Position numbers and translations under genes: made by a program. 64,000 nucleotides of DNA, from assembly GCA_977016875.1 (NCBI GenBank), contig CDRNST010000067.1, positions 3,162,001 to 3,226,000 on the forward strand, given 5' to 3'. Shown here one piece after another: positions 26,302-37,100 of the stretch. This DNA is from Pavona decussata. Taxonomy: Eukaryota. The notes beneath the pieces were generated by a model. That model was not told where the DNA came from and ran no database searches. It saw nothing but the letters and a program-made list of their open reading frames with translations. Numbering within the stretch: the stretch's first letter is position 1; every line of letters begins with the position of its first letter.

Positions 26302-27724
26302 AGACAATTTTTAAGAAGAGGAGCACTTAGGACAATGCATGAACATGGACTATCTCGTTGCTGTTAACAAGGAAAAATCATATTAAAAAAAAAAAAACAA
26401 GGAAAGAAACTCTCAAGTTGTGTTATGGCCACTCCATTCATCTTTGTTCCGCCTTTTTTTGTTGATATTATTGGCCTTAGTTGTTGTTGCGTTAATGTGT
26501 TGCGTTGCTTACTCGATGATACTCACTGCAAGAGCTTGCTGTGACGTTTGTGGAAATGATTTTATCCTGGCAACAATGATTCGGGCTGGTAACCCAATGA
26601 TACCCTCTAAATCACTGTGATATGACACCCTTGGCAATTCGTCTGGGATAAAGCATGAGCCGGGGTAATCCACCCCCGGGGATTGGCCCACAATTTGTTC
26701 AGGTGTCCCTGCTATCTCAGTCTCAGGTTAATACTCTTGTTGCTCATTAAAAACACAAGGGGGGGGGGGGGGGACCAGGAAACCACCTCAAAAAAGCTCC
26801 ACAAATGCAACATGGCAGCAGAAGACAAATCAAATGGATTAAAAAATAGTGAAGAATTTTAACAAAGTGTTTTTCGGCAGTCACTGTAGGAATGTAAAGA
26901 CGACATAATGCATTTGTACTTGCTTAGATCACAGAACATACCCTATTTCAGGACACAAGGTCTCAAAAGATTACAAAATAGACCGTCCTCTGCGTACCTC
27001 TATAAATCCCACTGATACGCAAATAATATGCTGTTCTCTACTTCATTCCATCCACAAAGGTCTTATTAGTTACATGCCTAAGCAAAAGCTTGATATCTTG
27101 AAAACTCTCAGATAAGCACCAGCTTGATTATAGCCAATTTTCAGATAAACATGACATTTCTGAAAGAATAAAAAAAAAAAACAGAAAAGTGCTGACTAAG
27201 CGTTTCTTAAGCATCTGTAGTAATCAAACTGTAGCCTCAGAAATGCTTTAACGCTTGGCAAAGATTAAACTCAAAAATAATTTTGATGCCCCTGCAAGAG
27301 ACCAATAAACTTGAAAGTTGGCCTTTGTTAAGCCCTTAAGTACACAAAATCAGTGGGTGTAGATAAATGACCATAAATCATCAAAACTTTTCCTCCTGAA
27401 AACTCTTCATCCCTACAACATTAAGTCAATAGCATGGTCCAACACATATACAAGTTTCAAGTTGATATGAAAAAACGCAACAGAGATATGCACCTCTAAA
27501 CCTAGGACAAAAAATCCAAGATGACCGCTAATTTCAGTCATTTTACAACAAAAATTGTAACTTCTTAAAAGATTTTTTTCTGAACTCCACAATCTCAAAA
27601 AATAAAGATTATAACCTAATCTACCATTTCCCACTGATTACAACAGCTACCCTCATTATATTCCCGAAAATATATTTAAAAAATAAAAAATGTCACTTAA
27701 TCAACAATAATACCAAAACAAAAT

Positions 27725-27838
27725 GTAGGGAAATCAACAACAGTAGGGTGAGCAACAAAAAATGTAGGGAAATCAACCAAAAAAGTCGGAATATCAACAA
27801 CGGGTCAAAATATCAACAAAAAACGTAGGGATAACAAC
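27725..27838. repeat. Six copies of a GTAGGGAAATCAAC-like 14-mer (unit 2 right end)
   Basis: Copies at 27725, 27743, 27764, 27785, 27804, 27825. Confidence 0.85.
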
Positions 27839-27845
27839 AAAAGAT

Positions 27846-27873
27846 CTAACCCTAACCCAAACCCTAACCCTAA
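27846..27873. repeat. Interstitial telomere-like tract at the unit 2/3 junction
   Basis: CTAACCCTAACCCAAACCCTAACCCTAA, the reverse complement of (TTAGGG)n with one variant repeat. Confidence 0.9.
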
Positions 27874-29597
27874 TTGGGTTTCTTGGTATTGATTTCCCTA
27901 CACGATAACCTTGTATTTTCACTTGATATTAAAAATTGCAAATTTCATTTCTTTGTGCAATAAGTTAGTGGAATGCTAGATTATTTGATGGATTTTCATG
28001 CTGTATGTGCAATTTCTTTATTTTCTATGCAAAATTTGGTTTTTCTTCTCGTTGAAAAAAAAATGTGGGGAAATCAACGAAAGTTTTCTTATCAGAGGGA
28101 AAAATCGTTTTTTGAAATTTGTTTTCAGTTTCAGCGATTGGATATCGTACCCTCTCATTGTTCTCTTGCCCTTGGCTTACCCTTGCAAACAAAAAACTCA
28201 GCTTTTTTCAAATTTCAAATTTTTCATGTGTAGTTGCAAGTCGAGTAGGGTTCACGAAGGCCAAAATCAAGCATTCACTTGATTTTTAATGAACTATGCA
28301 ATTTAAAAATTTATAGAAATTCTTATTTTTAAGGGTGGAAGCCCAAAAAATTCGCAAAGATCAACCAATGATTTGGCCATCTTCCTGCTAAGTCTTGTAA
28401 AATATAATGAATTCTATGAGATTTTATGCCTGTTAACGTCCAAAAGTGAAAATGTTCATCCATGTAGGGAAATCGTCGCAGCAAATTTGGATTTTTTTTT
28501 ACTTTATTTTTCCATTCTCAGCCTAGGATTCTAACATGATGTGTCATTTATGCCAAATAAGGTAGCTTTCAAGTGTCATGTCTTGCCCTTCTATATTTGT
28601 TCCTTTAAGTTCTCTAAAGTGAAATTTACACAAAAGATTTTTAAATGTTATAAAAGTATTTTCTTAAAATAAAAAGCTTTTTACTGCGATAGTTTTGGAG
28701 ATATTGGCACTTTAACTTTGGAATTGTGATTTTTGCCCACTGTCATCAAAATTTCTGAACCTTGGTTTTCATAGCAAAATATTTACTCAACAACACTTTT
28801 TGGTGACATGAGCTTTACATATATTCCTTTCCATGAAGTGCACTACATAACTTTCAAATATGACGCCCGCAGCTTCTTTTTTCGTCGAGATATAGCATTC
28901 TAAACAAGGTAAGGTTTTCGTGCATCTAATATACAGTAAGTCTCCATGTCAGTTTTTTAGGGACCCGATGTAGGGAAATCGACGAAACTTTACATTTGAA
29001 AAAAATTCACTTTTAACACATTTTTCTGCGGATAAAGAGACCAGGGTACCTCAGAGTGCATCATTACCTGGATAAATACCAAGTATTGTTACTAGCCCTA
29101 GCATTGTTTTTGATTTTTTTCTCTCTTAACTGTCAAAAATGTAGGGAAATCGTCGAAAAATTAGAAACACTGAAACTCACTAAAAATACAAGGAACACCT
29201 TGAAATTATATTAAAATGTTAAACATACATCGATACATCTTGCATTAAAATTTCAAGTATGTGTGTTAAATATTTTGCGAACCACATAAGTTTAAATTAT
29301 TGTAGTTCTTACACAATTAGTTCTTAGACACTTAACGAAGAATACATGAAGTTGGTAGTGAATTGGACATCGGACATTGGACATCTTGCTCCGTATTTAG
29401 TACCTATTGTAACCGTTTAAAAACCATGCACAAGCGAACAAACCGTTACGAGTGATATATAAGGTGACAGTGCTCCCGCAGAGCGTCTGACAAACCAGAA
29501 ACGCTCCTACTTTTACATGGTAACATACATAATTATGGTTGCTAAGTAACTTTTCAAGACATTCAAGTGACGTGATGTCAATGCTATTCTCCTCTGC

Positions 29598-31647
29598 AGG
29601 TTGTTGCCAGGATATGCTTGACATATTCAATAAAGTGCTACACACAGGGCTCGACCTTTTGATGCCCATCAGGAGAGTTCGCGTCAGCATATCTGATGCC
29701 CCGTGGATGAACGATCACCTTAAATCACTCATTCTCAAACGACAAAAGCCTTTCACGATGGCGGCACGGAATCAATGCTGTACAAGTTCTACAGGAATGC
29801 TGTTAATCGTGAAAGGAAATCGTGCAAGGCCTCGTTTTACAAGTCTAACGTTGAGCATATGAAGGAGGAGAATCCTAAGGTTTGGTGGAAGGAAGTCAAA
29901 CGTTTGTGCGGTTTCAACTCAAACCCGGGAAACGTTTCTAGTCAAATCCATATTGAAGGAATTGAAAATCTTAGTGACCAGGATCTTGCAAACGCAATCA
30001 ACGAGGCCTTTCTTGAACCTCTTGAAGAATATCGCTTGCCCCAACCGCTGACCAAACTTCGCATTGACGAGGACTCGCCTGAGCTTCCGGAGGTTTTGGA
30101 AATGCGTATTTTTAAGTTATTAGCTGCGTTAAACCCCTCTAAGGCATGTGGTCCAGACAAGATACCAAACTGGATGCTCAAGGAGTATGCTGAACGTTTG
30201 TCCTTCCCAATCAGCAGAATCATCAATCTCTCCTTAAAAGAGCAGTCTCTTCCGAAGATCTGGAAATTTGCGGACGTATCTCCTCTACCTAAGGTGAAGC
30301 CGGTTGAAGACCTAAAGAAACAGCTCAGACCAATCTCCCTTACTCCTTACTCCGAAGGTCGCAGAAGAGTGCGTGGTTCACGATTACGTACAACCTGCAG
30401 TTCTAGATGTGCTCGACCCAAGCCAATATGGTGCTGTTCCCAATTTCTCAACTACTCAGGCACTGATACACATGCTTCACAACTGGTCCAAGGAAACTGA
30501 TGGCAACGGCGCTACAGTTAGAACTATTCTCTTTGATTATAAAAAAGCGTTTGACTTTATAGATCATAGAATACTTGTAGAGAAATTGTGTAGGTTAAAT
30601 CTTCCCACAAGAATTATCAATTGGATCATAGATTTCCTTTCTAATCGTTCCCAAAGGATCAAACTATCCGAGGGCTGTTACTCCGAGTGGGGTTCAGTGC
30701 CCTCTGGGGTTCCTCAGGGAACAAAACTAGGCCCGTGGCTATTCCTTGTACTCATAAATGATTTAGAGGTTGATAATTTAGCTAATGTATGGAAATATGT
30801 CGACGATACGACCGCATCAGAAGTCGTTGCCAAGGGCAACCGAAGTCATGCCCAGGAGATTGCGGACAAGGTTGCCGAGTGGTCTACGCAGAACAGAGTC
30901 AAACTCAATAGCGACAAGTGTAAGGAGCTTAGGATATCTTTTGCAAAAGATGAGCCCCAGTTTGCGTCTATCGTAGTAGATGGTAAAGAACTAAAGAGGG
31001 TGACTAGTGCTAGACTACTGGGTTTGACCATATCGAGCAACCTTACGTGGAACGAACATATTAGTGACGTCATAAAGAAAGCGTCAAAGCGTCTGTATTT
31101 CTTAGTGCAGTTAAAGAGATCGAGAGTTCCTCGGCAGGACATGTCCACCTTTTACACTGCTTGTATACGCTCTGTTCTTACGTACGCAGCGCCTGTCTTT
31201 TTTTACGCCCTGCCAAAGTACCTAAAAGACGAGTTGGTACGTGTCGAAAAGCGGGCCATGTCTATAATATGCTCAGGACTACCCTACCAGGAGGCCATTG
31301 AACTAGTGAACATTGTCCCCATTGCAGATTTCATCACGGGGCTATGCACTAATGCTTTTGACACCATTATTAAGGACCCAGAACACCGTCTGAACTGTTT
31401 AATACCATTTAGTGGACCGTCACGTTATACTCTAAGGTGCAACAGGCGTTTTACCGTACCCAAATGCAAGACAGATCGTTTTAGAAATAGTTTTATTATT
31501 AGATCCTGTATTGATAATGTTTATATATAGATTCTTAGTTTCCCTTTTTATCATATTTTTTATATCTTTATTTATTGTACCTAGTTTTAAACCTACTTTT
31601 TATCGATTTTATTAATTGTAAATACGCAATTCAGCCTTCGGGCTGCC
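29598..31647 (+). mobile_element. 5'-truncated CR1-group (Rex1/Babar-like) non-LTR retrotransposon, RT frameshifted near 29760 and 30350
   Basis: KACGPDKIP, LRPISLTP, DYKKAFD, GVPQGTKLGPWLF, KYVDDTT, LLGLTISSNLTW; 3' UTR runs into the gap. Confidence 0.9.
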
Positions 31648-31785
31648 NNNNNNNNNNNNNNNNNNNNNNNNNNNNNNNNNNNNNNNNNNNNNNNNNNNNN
31701 NNNNNNNNNNNNNNNNNNNNNNNNNNNNNNNNNNNNNNNNNNNNNNNNNNNNNNNNNNNNNNNNNNNNNNNNNNNNNNNNNNNNN
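31648..31785. other. Assembly gap
   Basis: Run of N. Confidence 1.
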
Positions 31786-32231
31786 TTGTGTGCAGAATAT
31801 GAATAAAGTTGACTTCTAACTACTGTAAGGAATCCATCTGTGCAGATTTTGTGAAAATTGATTGAACGATGACGTAATTATGAAGAAATTTAGACCAAAA
31901 GTTTAACCATTAATAACTCGGCCATCTTTAAGGGTATGGAATGCCTTGCAATAAATCGAGTTTAACCTTAACATGATAAGCAAACATAGTAAAATTCGTA
32001 GCCATACATTTAATTGCTGAAGAGTTATTAACGGTTAAAGTTTTCCACAAAATCACCCAGTAGGCACCTGCGAATCGCCTCCCGGTTAGGACTAGGACCT
32101 AGAAAACTAGGAAAAAAAGGTACCCCTTTAACTCCTCATAACTTCTTGCGGTGTTTATGTTAGAGGCCAGTTGAAAGTGCGTTCATTAGCATTAGAATAG
32201 CACAATATTTGTGTTACGACTAGGATTTGAA

Positions 32232-33071
32232 ATGAAATCACTAGAAGAGCTCAAAGCGGAATTGCGACAGGTACTATCGCAAGAGATAAAAGCCAGCGAA
32301 GCCGGCCTTGGAAGTGAATTGATACGATTCAGTATAATGCCAGATGTTAGTCTGCGTGCCCTCAAGGCCGAGCACTATCGTCTCAGTCTGTTGGCCGCCG
32401 CTGCACGCAGTGTAGAACTAAGTACTCTAGAACAAACAACAAAACCTTGTCTAGATTATATCTCCCTCTTGGCCAAAAAATTTCATAACCATCAGTTAAC
32501 CCCAGCCTTAGTCAGTGGAGTTGACATTGCTGAAGGCGCCCTAGCGTTAATCGATGAAGCTGAAAAGTCTAACATAATGAAACGTATGGGCAGTGGAGGA
32601 ATACCTGGGTCAAGTACACAAGATGGGCGTTTGGTCGACCCGGAGTTCGAAAAAAGGAAGAAAAACTCTGCAGGGATCACAGAAATCCGAGTTGAATGTG
32701 GAAGAGAGGGAGAAAGAGTGGACGAACCAGAGATTGAAGAAAGGAGGAATGACTCTGAAGAGATCAGTGCCATCCCAGTTGACAGTGGAAGAGAGGGAGA
32801 AAGAGTGGACGATCCAGAGATTGAAGAAAGGAATAATGGCTCTGCAGATGTCAGTACTGGTGTGGTTTGCAGTGGAAGAGAGCAAGAAGCATCGAAAGTA
32901 AGGAGTACCAAAACCAAACAGATAAAAGAAACCGTCAAAAAAGGAAAACCTTGGCATTACGGTGAACCAAAGTGTCCCTTGTGCCACAAGAAAGTCTTCA
33001 CCCTACCACGGCACATCCGCTTGGTGCATGTGGAGAGAAATGAGAAAATTCAACTGTCACGAGTTGGCTAG
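32232..33071 (+). pseudogene. N-terminal part of a paralogue of the unit 1 recombinase gene, truncated after the first zinc finger
   Basis: MKSLEELK...MPDVSLRALKAEHYRLSLLAA...LDYISLLAKKFHNHQLTPALVSG versus MESLEALK...MPELSLRSLKAEHYWLSLLAA...LDYIAVLARKFFNHSLTPMLVSG; CPLCHKKVFTLPRHIRLVH; internal 87-bp duplication. Confidence 0.85.
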
Positions 33072-33649
33072 AACGGCAAAGAGGTTTTCTGACACACGGC
33101 ATGCTCGCCTGTGTCTGTAGCAAAAAATAAACAAATACATAATTTTATTAATATGCATCTATAGTACGTATGTCATGTGTACTTTGATTGGCTACTCAAA
33201 ATTTGGGATAGTATGTGATATTCACCCAAATTTAACTGTCCATGCATTTGCAGAAAGTAAAATCACTATTTATAAAGTGGGCTATGAATCGGTGTTTAAA
33301 GCTTTTATACGATACACTTTGGTGTATTTACCTTGAATTTGAACATACTTCCCAACTTGAAACAAAAGGGGTCTGCTCCAATCCCGTTTCAATCCTGACT
33401 TTTTTTTCCAGTTTCTTTTTAAACTAGTTAATAATCTAAAGTTTTATTTGATAGCAACACTACAAGGATAAAAATTTCTCTCATATACATTTTTGTTGGT
33501 CTAGATTTGTTTGAAATACATGCATAAAATAGTTTGTTATTATGAAATAACATCATGCGGACCGCAGAGAAAACAATGTTGGCGTTATTTTGAGAAAATT
33601 ACACGTTTAAAAGTTAAAATCAATTATTTTTCAATATATACACAAACAT

Positions 33650-34159
33650 GTAATTATAAATTCTCTTTTCAATGGTGAGATTTCGTCGTGGAAACGGTTT
33701 CAACATGTGTGGTCGCAAGGCAAACTTATCATCTCCAACGAGGACATATGGCACAGGCTCTGTACTGAAGGGAAGTGGCTTCAGATCAGGGATGTTTTGA
33801 GTACCATTTTCCATCGACTTCATTAGGCTACACTTATTCCATACACCCCCATCAGAAATTCGGCCATTCGTCCCGACGTCTGCATATACAACCTCGTAGT
33901 TTAGCCCAGCTACACCCATCAACACCACGGAATATGAACGCTTATAGTTGAAATAATGTGAACCAGAACCAGATGGTGGATGCCTGACGACATGTTTCCC
34001 ATTGATGGCACCAATGCAGTTGGGGTACTGCCATTTCTCTTCGAATTCTTTGGCAAGTTCCTCCCATTCTCCCTCACTGGATGGAAGTTTGAGGTAAGCA
34101 GGGCAGAGGACTTGAAATATGGCCTGACAAACTTCCTTGATGATGTACGAGATTGTCAC
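33650..34159 (-). pseudogene. PIF/Harbinger (HARBI1-like) transposase fragment
   Basis: WQYPNCIGAINGKHV, SGSHYFNYKRSYSVVL, DVGTNGRISDGGVW, LVGDDKFAL, EKRIYNY. Confidence 0.9.
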
Positions 34160-34174
34160 ACGACCGATGCGAAA

Positions 34175-37100
34175 GTGTAGCTCTCAAAGTTATGTAGATG
34201 ATACGAAACTCATCTTTTCCTTTCAAGTGAAAGAGAAGCTAGATGCTATTACCGTCATGCAAAACGACCTACTTAAGATAAGTGAATGGTGCTCCAACAA
34301 CTTCTTGCTACTGAACCCTGGCAACACTAAACCAATGGTGTTTGGAAGCAAGCAGTCATGCTCAGAACTTGACAATTTCTGTCTTCCATTTATGTGAAGG
34401 GACCTTGTTCCCGAACACACTACCAAAGACCTTGGCGTCACTTTGGACTCTAATTTGACCTATGATGAACACGTCATTGAAACCGTCTCCTCGTGTATGT
34501 CTCACCTCGGACAAATCAGTCGAACCAAGCATGCATTTGATAAACGCACTCTCTTAACAATTATAAACATGCTAGTATTTAGCAAATTATTTATTGTACA
34601 AATGTGTGGGCAAACACATGTAAATGTAACATTAAAGTGCTACTACGATCAAATTGTCGAATACCTTTTATTTGCGGTTGATTGGTAGTTTATGTCCTAA
34701 AGTACATGATTTCCAAGTTATATCCTCATACGATGAAGGAAAGTGCGATTTTTTTGCGCTCAAACTCCACGAATTTTCATCCGCCATTGAACCACCATGT
34801 TCCTGCGGCCTGGTTACCAAAGGCAGATGGTGTCCAATGACAACAGAGGCCGGGTCACCCGGGAAAAACAAGTGACGTCAAACTCTCAACTCGAAGGGCA
34901 GGCGAGCCCTACGAGGCTAAATTCTCATACGGTTTCTAACACGTTTTCGAAAAATGTTTCGTTCTTTCAATGGTGGGAAGTCGCTGTGTTGTTCAGTGGT
35001 ATAGCAACTGCTCTAATTGAGGGGCAGGAATTGCGCTGCATGCGAGTCCGTCCGACAGAACGAGAGATGTGTGGGTCCAGTTTGTTGTCTTGCACGTTTT
35101 GCTATTTTCTCGGTTTTGTTCGAGGGACACTCGAGCATTCCACCCAAGTCAGTGAACACTTAAACCTGGATCTTTTGAAAAGGTTAAGCGATCAGGAGAT
35201 CGTGAACCTGAAAAAAATCTCTGAAGGAGAAGGAGCGGCAAAAGGTAAGCTTATGTCATGAGTGGGCAAAATGTGTGAATATTGTTTTTATCTTTGGTGA
35301 TTCCTCGATACCTTGTTCAGCACCCATAGAAATAGCAGTCACAAATTTTTATGCACATTTTGTATTGCGTTTCTAAAGTACTAAACTTTGATTGAACGAG
35401 TAAATAATGTAAGTGCAACTAGCTCCTGGAACTAGCTTTTCCCTCCGAAGCATTTCCAAAACATCTCAGTGCGATAAGAGTAAGCTTGTGTTTACTTTGC
35501 TTGTGCAAATTAAGCTTGTGACAAAAACTGTGCAAACAAACGCGAAGAAAACCACTTTAATTATCCATTTTCACTCAGCTTTGGATAAGGTGGTCTTTGG
35601 CGTTTACAAAAGGGTTCCTTCTTTCTTTTAAGTAGTTTTCTTGAAGAAACAGTTTGAATTTTTGGTTTAAGGAAGGTTTCAAGAAAACCTCACATTCAGT
35701 TGTTTCTTATCAATTAGATTCAATTGGTAATGTATTTTTAATTTTGATTTATTTTTCAGACACTGAGTTGCAACAACTTCAAAACCCAGCTCTTACTATT
35801 AAATACAGGCCAAAACAAGCCTTACAGAGCACAACATGTGAAAAATATGGACAGCCAAGAAAAGGCCAGTGCTCCTCCTTAACTAGCAGTTGAAGAGCAC
35901 TGACCTTCCTCAAGGGCTTTTCTTGATCTTTTGTCCTCAACCACCAGTTGACAAATAGAATCAATAAAAAAACTCTTTTCTCTCCATTCATCATGCCTAC
36001 TCTTTGTAACTCTTTCCATTACATAGGCTTCTGTTTTAGGGACTGGTCAGAAATACGTGGGAAGAGAGGAAGTGAGGTGGAGATTTTAAATTGAGCAATT
36101 AAATGATGTGACCCTCCATAGCGATGCAAATGAAATTTCATGACCCTCCCCCTAAACAGGTAGTACAATGTAGCTCAAATACCAGAAAAAGAAAACAAGA
36201 ATGGAGGCAAACTGTAAGTTAGTTACTGGAACCATTTTGCCCCAACATAATTCAAATCATCTATAGAGCCCATTGGCATCATATAACTCCATTATGCTAG
36301 ACATTTCCTTTACATTATTACTTTAATACTTAATACTTGTCCTGCTTTTGTTAAATAATGACTTTAATTAACAAATTTTATTTTGTCTTTTATATATGAC
36401 TCGCTCTTCCTGTCATACTAGAAATTATGATCACAAGAGCACAAATTTATGTGACCCTCTGTTTTCCACTGCTTATTTTTTCATGACCCTACATCCCCCC
36501 TCCCGCCCCCTGCTCCCTGCTAACAGGGAGCTGAAGCACAGACATTCCTGAGCCATGTATAGCAACCAGAACTCAAATGTTTTCTCTTTTGGTGTGGTTT
36601 TAAAGAAATACTAATTTGAATATAAACAAAAGAATATTAATATGGTAGCCATTTTGGAATAAGGTTTATGGTTCATTGTCTGCAATACATTAATAATTTT
36701 ATTTTTATGTTCGTTTGAAAAAGATTGCCAGAATCTTGTTTCACCAATAAATTTGTTGTTGTACAAATGAAATTGAATCTACATTTGAGAAAAAGATCAA
36801 AGGTGGCTCACAACAGTCTCAACTTTACTACATTTTTGGTAGCATGCATTTGCCCAACTCTCACTGCACCAAAAGTGAAAGTATCAAGGACTGTTACCAC
36901 AGCAACAGTGTATGAAACTCATCAAGACTTGCTTGTATTGGGGGTTTGCCCTTAGACATGTAGGACAAAGAATGTTTGTTGTTAGGTTGATTTGACCCTT
37001 CATTAGAATAAGCAAAAAAATTTCAATTAATACCTGAATCACAAACTTTAACTCCCAAGAATATTGTTTTCAATGTATATTTGCAAAATTCCTACTTTTC

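Larger units (their letters stand above)
24376..27845 (+). mobile_element. Array unit 2: about 3.5-kb recombinase-less relative carrying different cargo
   Basis: Left arm aligns by eye with unit 1 (GTAGATTTTTGGC, GGCTTAnCCT, GAGGATTCACCT, AAGTTTCAnTGAAATT, TTTATGGCTGTTTC) to about 25680. Right end has six GTAGGGAAATCAAC-like copies. Confidence 0.7.
27874..33071 (+). mobile_element. Array unit 3: third relative, interrupted by a LINE and 3'-truncated
   Basis: Left arm homologous to units 1 and 2 (TTGATTTCCCTAC at 27889; motifs at 28065, 28464, 28970, 29141). Sequence after the gap resembles unit 1 at 19480-19720. Carries the N-terminal part of a paralogue of the unit 1 gene. Confidence 0.65.

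Noticed and set aside
27846-27873. True chromosome end or telomere fusion
   Set aside because: Only about 4.5 repeats, in one orientation, with homologous element sequence on both sides.
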